Positions 38,101 to 53,396 of a stretch of 64,000 nucleotides of DNA are shown one piece after another. Source of the DNA: Octopus sinensis (Eukaryota); the NCBI RefSeq assembly GCF_006345805.1, contig NC_043005.1:21638001-21702000 (forward strand), given 5' to 3'. The position numbers and the translations under genes are program-made. Under the pieces are notes generated by a model. It saw nothing but the letters and a program-made list of their open reading frames with translations, had not been told where the DNA came from and did no database searches. Each line of letters starts with the position of its first letter. Position 1 is the first letter of the stretch.

Positions 38101-41100
38101 CCATTTTTTAAATTGTGGCATGTGATTGAGAGAGATTTTGTTAATATATCTGACATGTTGGGCATACATATAGCAAGCTTCCACAGTGGCTGGCCCACAG
38201 TAAATGTTGAACTTAATATTGTAAGCTAACAGATTAGACACAGTTGATCCTAAGGTATTATTATATTACGCCCAACTCAATACAATCACCTGGCCCTTCA
38301 GATGCTTATAATGTTGGTGATGGACAATATTTGGTATAATTTTAATATATTTATTACATTAATAAACAGGTGCATTGACACACAGTTGCTCTTGCCGAAT
38401 GTGGACTGCAGGTTATGACACATAGTTGCTCTTGCCGAATGTGGACTGCAGGTTACTATAGAGTTCATGACATAGCTGTTTCTTTCATAACTAGCTTATA
38501 AGGAAATATAAATACCACCACAGTGTAATCAATTATGTATTCATTATTTAATTACATGACCAAACATATTTAGAAATGCCATGAGTTTATGAAAAATACA
38601 TGTCTTCTTCAAGCTCACTAATTGTCTACATAAAGTAAACTGACTTAAACTGAGAATCAGACCCAGATCATTGACTCACACTATTCAATCCATATTTGTA
38701 GTAGTGGAAAATACTCAGGGTCACTTTCTGCCTCAAAATTAAATAGAAAAATGGCTACTTATTGAACCACGTTGTGATGTCTAATTAAAATTACACTCTC
38801 AACAGCTGGTAACATCATTATGCTAATCACTTTTCTTGTCATTAAATTCAGAAGAGAGAACCTCGTGAGATAATCACTTTTTTTTCTCATCTCATTAATA
38901 GGATAATTTTTGAAGAAATTAAATTCCCTAGCTTGTTACATGAAGTTGTGAGTGTTCACATTAACTTCTTAATATTTATTTACTTGGTGATGAATATGAG
39001 ATTTTAATTTTCCAAGACAAAACACTGCAAAGTCAATATAGAGATGGGCAATAATCTTTTCCATGACTATTCATATTCAGTTACATCCTTTCACTTTCTG
39101 GGTTCAAATCCCATCTAAATGTACTCCACCTTTCATAATTCTGCGGTTGATAAAACAAGCATTAATTAAGTACAGAGTTTTACTTACTTTAATCTACACT
39201 CACTGCAGAATGTGTTATCATGAATGTTTGTAACATCAACAATAATTGTAAATATTTTTGTTGGTGATGGATTGAGAGAATCATCAGAACATCAGATGAA
39301 ATGTGTTGTATTTTTTCTGGCCCTTTGACTTCTGAGTTTGGATCTGGCTGGTGTCAACTTTTCCTTTTCCAGTCCAATAAGATAAAATACCAGTCAATCT
39401 GCTCCTACCTCATATTTTTGTCCATTTTGCTATATTAGAAATTATTGATTTTGTTTTTGTTGTTTACATTTTTTCAATCTTATTTTAATTCTAGTTAGTA
39501 AGATCAATTTTGTGAAAGTAAAAGGTGCAATTCTGGATGTACCTGGGAAAACTATGTTGAATAAGAAAAATGTTACAGCAGAAGCCTGTGCAGAAAAATG
39601 TTTGTCTGACAAAACTTGTTTATCATTTGAAATAACAAAGAGAAGTGGAAATTGTTATTTATCAAAGGCGACGGCAGCTTCCACCACAGAATTGAAAACA
39701 GCCAAAGACAGAGATTACTACCAACAAATAAAACGTAATTATTCTTTGTTTCTCTCTTCTTCTGAAACTTGTGATTCATTTGTACTTCATAGTTTATAAA
39801 TAACCATTTCTGTAAAGATATTGACAGATTTATCTATAAGGACAGATATAAACACATTCCAGAAATCAGTAATTTTAGGAACCATAGATACTGTTAAGGT
39901 ATTTTCACACTGCATTTGTTTATCTTGATCACTTTTCTGTAATATGTTTTCTTTTGTTCCTTTTTGTGTGCAACAAAAGAAACATTTGTCATTTTCTTAA
40001 ACATGAATAGTATTGTAGTAGTGGTGGTTTCAAATTTTGGCACAAGTTTTGAAGGAACAGTGTTAATTCTAACCATCAACCCCAGTTCTTGACTGGTATT
40101 ATTTTGTATCTTCACTGGATGGATGAAAGGCAGTTTTCCTTGGCAGAATTTTGAACTTGAAATGTATGAATTGGAAGATATATAGCTAGGTAGTATGGTA
40201 TTTTCACAGTATCTCACCAATTGTAGCTCTCTTCCATAATATGATATCTAGAATTATAGAAGAATATAATGCTAATCTATTTAATTGTGTATTTCTGATA
40301 TATTTACATGGTTATTATGGCTGGATGCCCATCTTATCACCAATGCTTTTACCAAACTTCTGCCTTATTACTTTAATATCTGAGGAATTGTGAGTGAAGA
40401 ACAAGTTGATGAGGAACTGTTCTTGTCCAGTTATATTTTAATTTGCTTTGTGAGTGAATGTGAGCTCTGAGGCAAGAGTAACTGGTTTGTCTTTAGCAAG
40501 CTTTACCACATGTGTACATATTGCCATGCTACTAAAATCAGAGAAATTGTATGTTGGAACTAAAGAGTTCTCACAACATAAAATAAAAATAGTTCCATAG
40601 CATAATTAAAAGAAGACATCCAGCAAATTCACTTACATTCATCTCAAGAATTTTGTCCTTTCCTATCAAACTTTCCTTCTTGATACCCTTGTTAAGGGGA
40701 AATTCACTAGATCTTGTAATCCCTAAGTAAGAATATCCATGATTCCTAGAATGACATTCAATATTTCTTAGTCAAAAAGAAATGTGAGCCATTTATTTGT
40801 ATATTTATGAGAAGCTTTAACATGACTTCACCGCAATATTTATCTTGGATACCATCAGGAAGTTCAAACACATTTACAGCTCAGATTTATAGATACAGTT
40901 GCACAACAATTTGAGGTGATATGAACAGCCATACCTGGATTCTTAAATGAGTTTGATTGTTGTCAATATAACTACATTCAAATAATTGGACATCACTGCA
41001 AACATAGTCAGGTACCACACAAAGTATACTCCTACAGAAAGCCTAATAAGATGAATGAACGCTATAAGAATTTCAATTCTAGCTTCTAAGCTCTAATATG

Positions 41101-44100
41101 ACACAATTCTTGGTTCCAAGCTATAATATGACTTCAGAAATGGATATTTTAGACACGTTTTACAGCATACAAGCCATTAGCTGGAATGGAATTTCGTAAA
41201 ATGTCCATAAAAAGCAAGCATTCACCACCTTCATAAATGAAGGCAATTAGAAAGATAAATTCATTCAGTCCTCCTTTCAACCTAAATATCTCCATGAATA
41301 TTTTCAGGAAAATTTTATCATGCTTTAGACACCATTTTTCAAGTGCATAAGTATCACAAACTTATGAATGTGCATAGTGTTAAAATTTATTATTTTTATC
41401 TAGATAACAAGGCTTCTAGCATTGTTTTTTACAATGGGGAAAACATACACTTACCCAGACTTCATCCAAGACACCCACCTGTAACTGTTAAAATCAATGC
41501 AATTTCCCATGGTGAGAATTTTGTTGTTATGAGAGTGGTATGTATAGCAACCTTCACTCCATCTGATAGTCTCTGGAAAAAAATACATGGGACTTACAAC
41601 CAGTGACCTTAAGTAAATTTTCACTCAGCATATATACTATTTCGAGTTTATGAATAGGAAAAAGCCCACTTCTTTGTCCTGTTTTCTGTGAAGACTTTAG
41701 GAACAGGAAAGTGATGTATGCTCAAGCTTACTCAACAGACCCTTCTCTATATTTACCTGCGGTCTCGTGGTTATTATTTGCTAATAAATAACCACGAGAC
41801 TGCAGATTCAACTGACTTCTATCATTCTACCTCACAGTGGATTTAATAAACTGTGAACCTAACTATAATGTAAAACTTTCGAACCTTTGAACATTTTCTT
41901 TTCCGATGTATCCCCCTAACTTTTGCTTTTTTCTCTACCTCTGACTTCTTCATTCTGATGATGTCTACCATTGGCAATGAAGTAAAAATACAAATATATA
42001 TTTCCCTCAGCATGGTACACAGATATGATCGTAAACTACTCTTACTCTCACCTTTCTTAACTAATTAAATAATGGCTTCCTAGCACAAAAGACACACTTC
42101 TTATTGTTATTTTTCCACCATTTTCTTATCGTCTATATAAATTAAACTACGGTTTACCCTCCAAATTACCTGATGCTGTATACCTTTCACCAAGGGCTAT
42201 ACCTACTGAAGTATTTACCAGGAGTGCTTTGGATATATCTATCACTTAGAGGGTTTAAACACCTGTAACTTGTACCTGCATATTATATATATATAGATAG
42301 ATAGACAGACAGACAGACAGATATGTGTATATATATGTTTGGAAATTGATAGATATGTGTATATATATGTTTGGAAATTGATATATTTGTAATTTTAAAA
42401 ATCATTAGGTAAAAATTGATCAATTTCACCCAATAAATGTGAAACAATTTTTTAGTCATAGATCTGCATTATTATGAGGAGTTTTTACAAAATAACCAAT
42501 ATCAGCCAATGAAATGTTGTATGTGCTGAACATTGTGTGGGGACCAAATCAATAGGACCTGCACTACACTCTGAGCTGTATTTGCACCTGAAAAACATGT
42601 TCACTCCCATCTTGGAAGCCATCTACTGCAATTTGCAGCAGAGTGTAAGGATTTGGGTGGGGAGGGGAGGCATAGTAGCACAGCTGGAGATGGTGCTGAA
42701 CAAGGGGGATTGCATAGAATATTTCAGACCCAGAACTTTCTACAATACAAAGTTAAAGATTTTGGTAAATGTGCTTGTCCAGATGTTCTTGTTTTGATAG
42801 AGGATTGATCAGTTTGAATTAGTGAAAAACATTTGACGAGGTGGACTATTGCTACCTAGTAGCTGTTCTAGGACCTGTCAGGGTCCTTCTTCAGGGACTG
42901 GATCACCACAATGTACATTGGCATCTATTGAGTGTGCGTATCAAATGTTTTTTGTCCGTTGAGGATGCCTCTCTCAGCTTTTCAGTTAGTTGTAGCCCTG
43001 GAGCTTTTGCTGCTAAGGTTGGAGATTTTTAGGCTTATCTTGATATAGGCTACAAGAGGGCCATGCTGGAGGCTTATCTTACTTGATGTAGACTATAGGA
43101 GGGCCATATTGGCTTACCAGTACAATATCACTTACATGGTACTGGAGACTTTTGATATAGATGGACATAATATTGAAAGAGTATCTCATGTACTACAGCA
43201 AATTGGTGGTCATACAACAAGGCACATGGAGGGGCAAGCCCATGTTGGTCAATGGGGATTTGTGCCACCTTTACAAGCGTCAGTATGGGTGCATTTACAT
43301 TGCACTGGCACAGGTGCTTTATACATGAAACCTGTTCCCACAAGGCAACAATATTAGGATTACTCAGCTGAAGAGTGATGCAGGGGACATGCTTGTATGT
43401 ATGGATGGTCATGATTGTACTTAGCTCGACATGTGTTCTTCAAGCAGAGCAAACCACCTGAAGTTTCAATCCCTTGTGTGGACCAAATTCTGTAAGGCCA
43501 AAATTCTGAAGATCCTTTCTCACCACTTTGTACCATGTCTTCCTTGGTCTACTCTTTCCACAGGTTGCCTCCACAGTTAGAGCTCAGTGCTTCTTGATAC
43601 AGCTATCCTCATCCATATACATCACATGACAATAAAACGTCAGTCTTCTTTCTTGCACACTACATCTGATGCCTCACATATCCAGTTCTTCTCTCAAATC
43701 ACTTACACTCTACTATGCATACACACTGACATTACCCACCCGGCAGTGCATGCTGGCTTCATTTCTTTCAAGCCTTTGCATATCCTCTGTACTCACAGCC
43801 CATATCTTACTGCCATGTAGCCGAACTATCTGTACACAGGTATCATACAATCTGTCTTATTACAAACAGAGGTAGCAGCTCTCTGAACATTGCCTAACCC
43901 ATTCTTATTCCAGTGACTATGCCTCTATTGCTAACTTGGTCACTTAAGTAATGTAAACACTTTACTACTTCTAAGGATCCACCTGGACATTTGAGGGAGT
44001 CTATGTTCTGTACATTCCTAGTGTTTAATGTACCGGTACATCTGCCACACACAAAGACTACTTTTTCTGTTGATCTTCATGTGATACCGCTGCACCCCTT

Positions 44101-46541
44101 ATGTATCTATAGCTTTCACTGAGTACACTGTATGGAGCTTCTTCCAACACCTTTTCTACATATCCAGCAGGGCCATCTCCTTGAAAGAATCAGTGATTTG
44201 TTTGTTTTCCTACTTACTACGGCTTTGATCTTTGCTAAATTAACTTTAAGGTCCTTTGATTCCAGACCTTGCTTCCACACCTGAAATTTCTTCTCTTGTT
44301 CTGGTAGTGATTCAGCAATAAGAACACAGTCAGCAGTCTAGAGAAGCTCCTAAGGGCAGTCAGTCTTAAATTCCTTGGTTATAGCCTGGAGGACTATGAT
44401 AAATAAGAGGTGACTGAGAACTTATCCCTGGTGGACTCCTATTTGTACACTAAATTCCTTTCAGAAATCATTGCTAACTTTCACCTTACTGACAGTATCC
44501 CTGTACATGGTTTGTGCAGCTCTCACCAACAACTAATATGTTCCTAGATTCTGCATTGCCCACCAGATAAAGAAACAGGGGACCCTGTCAAATGTTTTAT
44601 CCATGTAAACAAAAGGCAAATCCAGAGATATTCTGGAACAATTACTTCACCTGAAAGATAGCATCAGTAGTGCTCAGTCCTGGCACCAATCCAAACTGCA
44701 TCTCATCTAGGATAATTCTCTTCCTAATTAATTGAATTATAACCCTTTCTGTAGTTTTTGTCACCTGGTCCACTAATTTGATACTTTTGTAATTTTTTGG
44801 TTTAAGGTGTCACCTTTACATTTATAGCAGTTGACTATAATGCGACCGCAGCAGTCACTGGCTGTGACTCCTACATAGATAACCTGACTAATTATAAGGG
44901 TGACTATTTTATATTCCACTCCAACAGATATTTTGTGCATCTCAGCAGTGATTCCTGATGGGCTGGGGCTTTTTTCTGTCTCCATATCCTTAAATTGTAT
45001 TATCTACTATGTTGTTATCGATTTAGATAGTCAGTCTTTCTGTTACGTCCACACTAGGCAGATTGATTGGTTATCAGGTGACTGGCTGGCTTCCTGAATT
45101 TGACATTGCAGATCATTAAGTTATTCCCACCACAGAAGTCCAGTAGCCTAGAAATGAGAAAATGCTAAGCCTGAAAGGTCAAGCAGAAGTCGTAAACAAT
45201 TACATCAACTCGATCATATGTTACCACATGACTTTCATGCCACTCCAGTTCATTCTCTCAATGGAGTGGAACATCAACTCATCTACTTTTTATAGAAGTG
45301 ATGTGTTTCACTAGCCAGGTGCTCCATTTCATATCAACACTCACTGAAAGACATACTGAGCATGCCATGGTTGAGGATGCAGTGACACCCACTAAAGCTG
45401 CAATATCTCCAGCTATTCCTTGTCATCATTTGTCAAATGTGTTTTCACAGATCTTCTCTTTGACAGAGATGCATTTCTGCACCAAGGAGATATACAGACA
45501 GGGTGCTTGGCATCTGAATGTTGTCAAACATTTACAGTCTGCTTCCAGTTAGGGAATATGGTTACTGGAAGTTCCATATTGATTTTCTTTCAGTGATTAT
45601 GGGAGAACAAGAATGACTACATTCTCAAGGAAACTCTGGGTGTTAAAGGAAATATACTGGTTGATCTGTTCCTGAGGACTTTCAGTTTGGGGGTCCATGG
45701 AAAATTTGCAGAAATCTCTGGCCAGGCATTGCTGCCAGGAAGAGAATTGCAAGTTCAAGATAGATTCTACAGCCATGGAAATGACATTGGCAAAGCCTGT
45801 CCAAGTTGTTTGTAAAGTGATAAAACTGTTCTGTATGCATTTGTCATTTGCCTATGCTTTACTGATTTGTGGAGTTTAGATTTGAACACCTACTGTCATA
45901 TGTCAGACAAATCAAGCTATCAGTCGACTCCATTGTGAAAATTATTCCACCACATTTCTTTAACCAGACTGATCAGAGAACTGTAGTCTGTCTGATGGCT
46001 TTAGTAAAGTAGATTGAATAGAAGGACTGAAGACAGATGCCTTTCTCTTTGGCCAAGTTCTCCACTTTTCCAAGTTTCACTTGCAAAGGAAATTGAAAGT
46101 AGAGAGGGAAGTGCTGTCTCCTAGAAAATTTGTTTAAAAGTGGGTAAGTGTGGTCAGCATGGTTGAAGGGAACAGGGCAGCTCTGAACATACACATTTAT
46201 TGGAGAACTACTAGAATAGTGCTCATGCCTTAGTGTTTATGGTGGCCATGGTTTTGTGTTTTCATCAGTAACTCTGAGATTTCTTCGCTTTTGGGGAATT
46301 ATTATTTTTGTTTTTTTTGGTTTTTCCCGCCCATACTAGTATGGAAGTCAGATGTTAAACAAGGATGTTGACAATGGCTTTCTTTTTGTGATTTTACTTT
46401 TTACATACACTTTTGTAATTTCCCACATTGCATCATTCTATATCAGTTCCAGCTTTTTGCCAAATCTTAGATGTTAATAAAGAAACATTAATGGTGTTGT
46501 TGTTGTTGTCGTCATCATTGGTAGTAGTAGTAGTAGTAGTA

Positions 46542-46573
<32 letters not shown>

Positions 46574-49500
46574 TAAGGGACTGAGCTGCCAGAATTATTA
46601 GCACACCAGACAAAATACTTAGAGGCATTTTGCCCATCTTTACGTTCTGAGTTCAAATCCTGCTGAAGTCAACTTTTCCTTTAATCCCTTAAGGAGTCAA
46701 TATAATAAGTACCACCTGAGCACTCAGGTTGATGTAATCAACTAGCCCTCTCCTCACAAAATTTCAAGCTTTGTGCCAACAGTAGAAAGAATCCTAAAGG
46801 CAGCAAACCAGCAGAATCATTAGCATACCAGACATAAAGCTTACTGGCATTTCATCCATCTTTATGTTTTGAATTTGAATTTCCCACACAGTTGACTTTG
46901 CCTTTCATCTTTCAGCAGTCACTGAAATGAGTTGCAGTTGAGCACTGGGGTCAAAGAAACTGACTTACATCTCCTCCTCACAAAACTTCACATCTTGTGC
47001 CTATAGGAAAACGAATCATCATCATCATTACAGCATTATTACTCTTTCTAAGACAAAGAGCTTGCAGAATTATTAGCAAACCAAACAAAATGCTTAGTGC
47101 ATTTCTTCTGGTTTTACATTCTGGGTTCAAATTCCTTTCAAATTACCTTTGCCTTTCATTATTTTGGATCAATAAAATGGATATCAGTTGATCATTGGAG
47201 CCAGTGTAATTGACTGAGCCCCTAACTGAAAAGTTCAGTCCTTGTGCCTATAGTGCAAAGAATCTTTATTTTTAACACTAATATTATGTTGTATATTTAA
47301 AACTTTAGATAATTATGTACAAGTACCTTATAACAGAAATTTTTTTAAATATTCGAAACTCATCTGGTTCATTATTTTCTAAAAGGATAATTCAATATAA
47401 AAATACAGTCCATCCATGAAATTATTTTTCTGCATGAGCTGCCCTTCTCAGATTTAATGTAAATTCTAGTACATCATAAGACACACATGGAACCTTGCCT
47501 CACTGCTTTAGGTTGTACATAGTACATTTGTACATCCCCTCTTCTGGTGGTGTACTTTTGTTTAAGATTAAATGATCATAAGGATACTTCACATACTGGT
47601 TGACGATCTTTTGCATTATGTTAAGATTCTACAAAAGCACACTGTTAGATAGGAAGGCACAAATGGATTACATGCAACTTAAATTTTGAAACTAGGTTTC
47701 AAATGTGTCTGAGATGGTCTACATTCACATGAACTCTGACTAAGTTGTCATTTTGTGGATCAATTAATTGTTTATAATGCAGGCATGTCCAAACCCTGCC
47801 TGCATGGAAAATGAACATTCATTGATGATGATAATGACCATTTAAAATAAATTATGCAACAGATGCTATATTTAATATACGTGTGTGAATATAAAATGTC
47901 TTTTTTGTTTTCTTTCCTTTCTTTTTTATCTAGCTGATGATGATGCTTTTACACTTAAAAGAACTGCCATACCAAGGCCTGATACATCTAATTGGATTAA
48001 AGGAGTCACTTTAAAGGAGTGTGATCATGTTTGCCTTCAAATTCCAGGATGTAAATCTTATGAGTATCATGAAAAAAAAGAATTCTGTAATCCATCTAAT
48101 GAGTCTCACCTGACTTATGAACTTAAACCCAACAAAGATGGATGGGATATACATATCATGAGCCCAGGTCAGTGGAGTGTATTCATTTAATTTTATGTGT
48201 GTCTGCATGCATGTGTCACTTTGTGTGTATCTAGACATGCACATATTTATTATATATATGTTTATAATACACGCACACACACATACATATATACCTCAGT
48301 TCAAGGGAATATTGTAGCTTATGGTCAGCAGCTTGTTAGCATCTAGTATACATATGTCTTGTATAGAACACTCAAGGGCAAAAATAATAGATCAATAAAA
48401 TTCATTATTCAATATATCACAGCCACTTTACTGTATATCAAAATTGATGACGTAATTTTAAGATGACAAAGGCTCCAGATTGAATAGCTATGTACATTGC
48501 ACAGTATGTGATGAATAAACATAGGATGGAAAATGGACAAATAGACTTAAGTATTGTGTTGTCCGGAAAGTTCATGCTGATTTTTAAAGGAAAGAAAAAG
48601 GTCAATAAATACTTGCCATTACATTTTTAATCAACCAAATCTAAATCATTTTGTTGCACAATGCATCTCCATCTTTCTTTTAACTTGAAAACACCCTCTT
48701 CCCAGAATTAATGTGGTTTCGTGGCAAAGAATTCATCAAGGTATCTTTTTACGTCATCCACGGAATTGAAATTTTTACCATTAAGACTATTCCGCAGAGA
48801 CCTGAATAAGTGGAAATCCGAAGGAGCAATATCTGGTGAATATAGAGGGTGAGGTAACACATCCCAGACAAGCTGCAACAATTTTTTTCTGGTTCCCAAA
48901 GAAACGTGCAGTCTCACATTATCATGTTGGAAAACAAAACCCTTCCTGTTGGCCAATTCTGGACGTTTCTCTTGAATTGCAGCTTTTAACTCATCCAGTT
49001 GTGTGCAGTATTTCTCAGAATTAATTGTCTGGTTACTTGGGAGAAGCTCATAGTACAGAATGCCTTTCCAATCCCACCAGACACAAAGCAAGACTTTTTT
49101 ATGGTGAAGACCTGCTTTTGGGTCGCTTACTCCAGGATCGCTTTCTCAGAAAATTTCGGTAGATAACCCATTTCTCATCACCTGTCACAATTTGCTTTAA
49201 AAAAGGCATTTTCATTCCGTTTATAAAGTGAATCACAGATGGAGATGCGATCCAAAAGGTTCTTCTCACTCAACTCATGTGGTACCCAAACATCGTAGCG
49301 ATTTATGTTCCTAAGCTTTACCAGGTGCTCATGAACAACAAATTTTTGATAGGTTGAGGCTTTCTGCCAATTCTCAGGTTGTGCAATGTGGGTTATTCTC
49401 AATTAATGACTTGATTTGGTCATCATATGTAGTGGATGGTCTGCCTGATCGCTCTTTATCAATGAGTCTCCAATCTCCAGCTCAGAACCTTGCGAACCAC

Positions 49501-52500
49501 TTCCGTACAGTTCTTTCAGATAAAGAAACATCACCATAAACTGTGCATATTTCTTTGGTTGCTTGTGAGGCATTTTTCTCTTTACGGAAAAAGAAAAGCA
49601 TCAAGTGCCAAAAATGAACTTTTTTATCTTTCATTTTAAAGGGTTACAGAATTAACATGGGTTATAAGAACATAAACCTTCTTCAATGAAAAGATAGCTT
49701 AAACTATGTTCTAAATGGAGGTGTAGTCAAATCCTATTTTATGGACTTAACCATGTTCTAAAATAAGTTGAAAGGTAAGCTACAATAAATCAGCATGAAC
49801 TTTCTGGACAACCCAATGCAATGCACTTAATGGAGAAATGCACTTCAGAACAGTACATATTTCTGAAGCAGAAAATTTCAAACTATAAGTGTAATTACAT
49901 CATAAAATAATGATATAATATGCTTCATCTTCAGGTATGACACCACTTAGATCAAATCAAATTCCACATTTAGTATTGATGCAAATATCAAGTGTATTAT
50001 GACATAACTACACTTATGATTTGAATTTTTCTACTTTGGTAATGTGCTGTATTTAACTGCATTTGTTCATTATTATTATTCATATGGCAGTTTGACCAAG
50101 GGAGCCCGACAGAGTAAGTACCAGATTTGAAAGCGGGTACTTATATACACACACTTATATACACACACTATATATATGTGCGTGTGTGTGTGTATGTGTG
50201 TATATATACACATAATTATAGTGGCCATCCTTTGACACGGGATTTATTGCTCCTGGAAAAAGTTTCGAGAAATTGCTAAAGATTAGTTGAGTACAGAATT
50301 GATAGTATTTTCTGATTGAGATTTATAAAAATTATAATTATTAACATGTCATTTTGAAAAAATGGTGGAATTTCAGAAAATGTTGCCCACATAAGTTGGA
50401 TTTTCTTCATTTTGACAGGGATTTTTCCTTTTTTTTACTATGCACATCAAAATGAAGCAGAGTAGCCTTTTATGAAAAAGGATGTGAAAATCTAAAATTT
50501 TTTTCTCACCCACTCCTTCCTAGGACCCTTTTAAATTATTTTCCAATCCTACACTTAGAAACGAGGTGGGGAAGCTTATATTTTTTTAACTAGACGTTGA
50601 AATTTATGAAAATCCACAATTGTGTGATATTGAAACATGACTGCAATGACCATCATCATTCTTTCCCCACTCCTTTTATTTTAATGCATTTAGATTTTTT
50701 GCAAACAACTTGCAGATGCAAGTGCCACCAGTTGAAAGCTCTGCATAACAGATGCTAGCAAACATATGAGGTCATCAGGAGAGAATGTGCACCATTTTGG
50801 GGCCTAATTCTCAATGGCGTCATTGTGCACCAGCCCCATCAGCACCTCACTGAAATGAGGCCCCACTTGCTAGATCAACTGGTTATCAGGTTTTGCTCAA
50901 TATTCTTCCAGCCATTGCTCATCATCTCTTTTTAATCAAATCCAGTAGTTTGCATTTTTCGCTGTAGTTTTGATATCACTCATGGTGGTATATGCTTTAC
51001 AATGAGTTAGGCATAATGGTAACAACCGTTGCCTCACACTGTGTCCAAGAAACCCCTACATCTAACTTTGATTTTAAAATAATCTGCTTTCCAGCAAGCA
51101 TCTTCACATTCTTCAAGGAGGTTTTCATAAAGATCAATCTTTCAGACCCAAGTGGCATCAATGCTATTTTCATGAGGAACCATTAACTCAGCTAGATTTA
51201 CAACTTTCCCCCATCATTTTCAAGTTTGTGGTGAAGAAAATTTTTTTTTAAATTCCTATCAAAACAGAAAATACATGTGGATGACCTATTCTGAAATAGC
51301 ACCAATTAATAAATTGATTGATTTCTCTTCTCACCTTTTCCTTATATGGTATGAAACAGTCAAATTTCACATCATTAAAAATAGAAAAACATGCATGTAT
51401 ACATACACGTTTTTATATGTGTAAGCAAATTTCTTCAATTTGATTCATGCAATATGTTTTATTGTAACATTGTCATTATTTCCTCATTCTTACCTTCCCA
51501 CTAAAATGCACATACCATTGATGTCAATTTCTGTTTTCAATTCCAGCTATTGACAAAATAAACTGTGGACAACCAAGAGACATTGCTGGTACATCAAAGT
51601 CCTACAGTTCCACCAACTACAGAGATGAAGTGACCTACACATGTCCACATGGAGAAAAACTAAAATCAAAATGTGGAAAGGACAAAAAATGGACTTCATT
51701 AGATTCTACCTGTGAAGGTAATGCAAATAGCTTCTCTCTCTTTTTATCTCTGTCTATGTATTTTGTTTTATTTTTATGCTAAATGCCTTTGTTAGAGTAG
51801 GACTGGCTGACTCTATGGCAATTTCTGCAGCGATTATGGATGGAAGGAGGGAGAACAGAAGCTATCCTCAGTTCAAAGACCTCCCCAAATACTTGCAACA
51901 GAGTGGACATCATTTATTCTACCCAAGGGCCATGTATTAGATTGGATGATGGATTAAGTCCACCAACCATATAGGTGATACGTGGCAGTTTCTCCCTCCA
52001 ACAGCCTTCCACAAAGCTTTCGTCTACTAAATTTCATCCTTAGTTGTGGAGCAAATTCTTAACCACATAAGCAAGACTCCACTCAGGACCACAGAGTTGT
52101 GAACGAACCTTCTTAACCTCACACTCATACCCAAAGGATTCTATGTGTGTCTTCTCTTAATTTCTAACTTTTTCACTTGAGCTTTCTGAATCTTGTCAGT
52201 GGTGGAGGTTGATGGGTATCCTGTGCCCTCTTCATACTGGTAGCCAGAAACTGCAAGAAGCCAGTTGTGTATGTGTGAGCACAAGCATCTTTCTGTCTAT
52301 GTTTGTTCCCCACCACCACTACTTGAAAATGGTGTTGGTTTGTTTACATCCCTGTAACTTAGTGATTCAGCAAAAAGAATAAATACCAGTGCTTTAAAAA
52401 AAAAGTACTGGAGTTGATTCATTCAACTGAAATTCTTCAAGGCAGTGCTCCATCATGGCCACAGTCTTATGACAGAAACTAGTTAAAGATAAAAAATTCT

Positions 52501-53347
52501 AATTCAATTAAGGGAGCTCATATGATATTTAGACTATGTATCAGTAAGAATCAGAGGTAGATGTTTGACCACAATTAGGTTTGTGGTAAAATTTAAATGA
52601 TTTTGAAAATTTATGGTCACATATAGAGAAGGCTTCATGTTGCTCCTTTAATAATTGTGTGGGGATATGTGATAGGATTTATATAGACTCCTTCAAACAT
52701 AGCTATCAGGGGGCATTTTAGCCTTGGTATGGAGGACCTGAGTCAGTGATGAACCAAGCTGTATCATATGATAAGGTAGTGTATATGTTCTGCAAAAGAT
52801 GTAAATCTACTGTCTTTCATATTTAGATGAGTTTAACTGCACTGAGTATCTTTGCTTAAAATGAATATAAACCTTGGTTGAATTTTGGAGTTAAGGACTG
52901 TGCACTTATAAACTACATTAAACTTCCTGCACTGAACTTGTAACAGGCATTTATCCCAAATTTTGAAGTTATATATGTATGCAGACAGACAGACAGACAT
53001 AAATATCCAAAAGCCAAAACCTGGTTTATCGATATCCCTAATTGCATAATATTTTTATTTTGTGCTGTTAAATGTTTTAATTCTTTCTGTTTTCCTCGCA
53101 TACTGTTTTTCTCTGTTATCTTAGTGCAGTATGGTGGATTAATTTAAGACTTCAGCTCTTATTTCTAGCAGGTAGATGCTTGTTAAGCATCATTACGCTT
53201 CGTGCAAATTTATAAGTCATAGCTATATAATGCTATTGCACCTGCAATCCACCTATGTCACTGCTGGTGATATCAATTTTAAAATTTATCCACAGATGAT
53301 GTGAACAGTAGTGACATCTGGTTTCAAATCTCAGTGTTTGAATGTTT

Positions 53348-53396
<49 letters not shown>

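Noticed and set aside
41757-41805. 19-bp-arm hairpin
   Set aside because: Short, inside an unclassified repeat; no functional inference possible.
41948-41982. CTTCATT-CTGATGA..AATGAAG, a hammerhead-like stem I plus half core
   Set aside because: No GAAA and only 14 nt between core and stem; at most a dead remnant.
42790-43100. Possible CR1/L2-like LINE 3' end on the minus strand
   Set aside because: Motif resemblance too weak to call without a database search.
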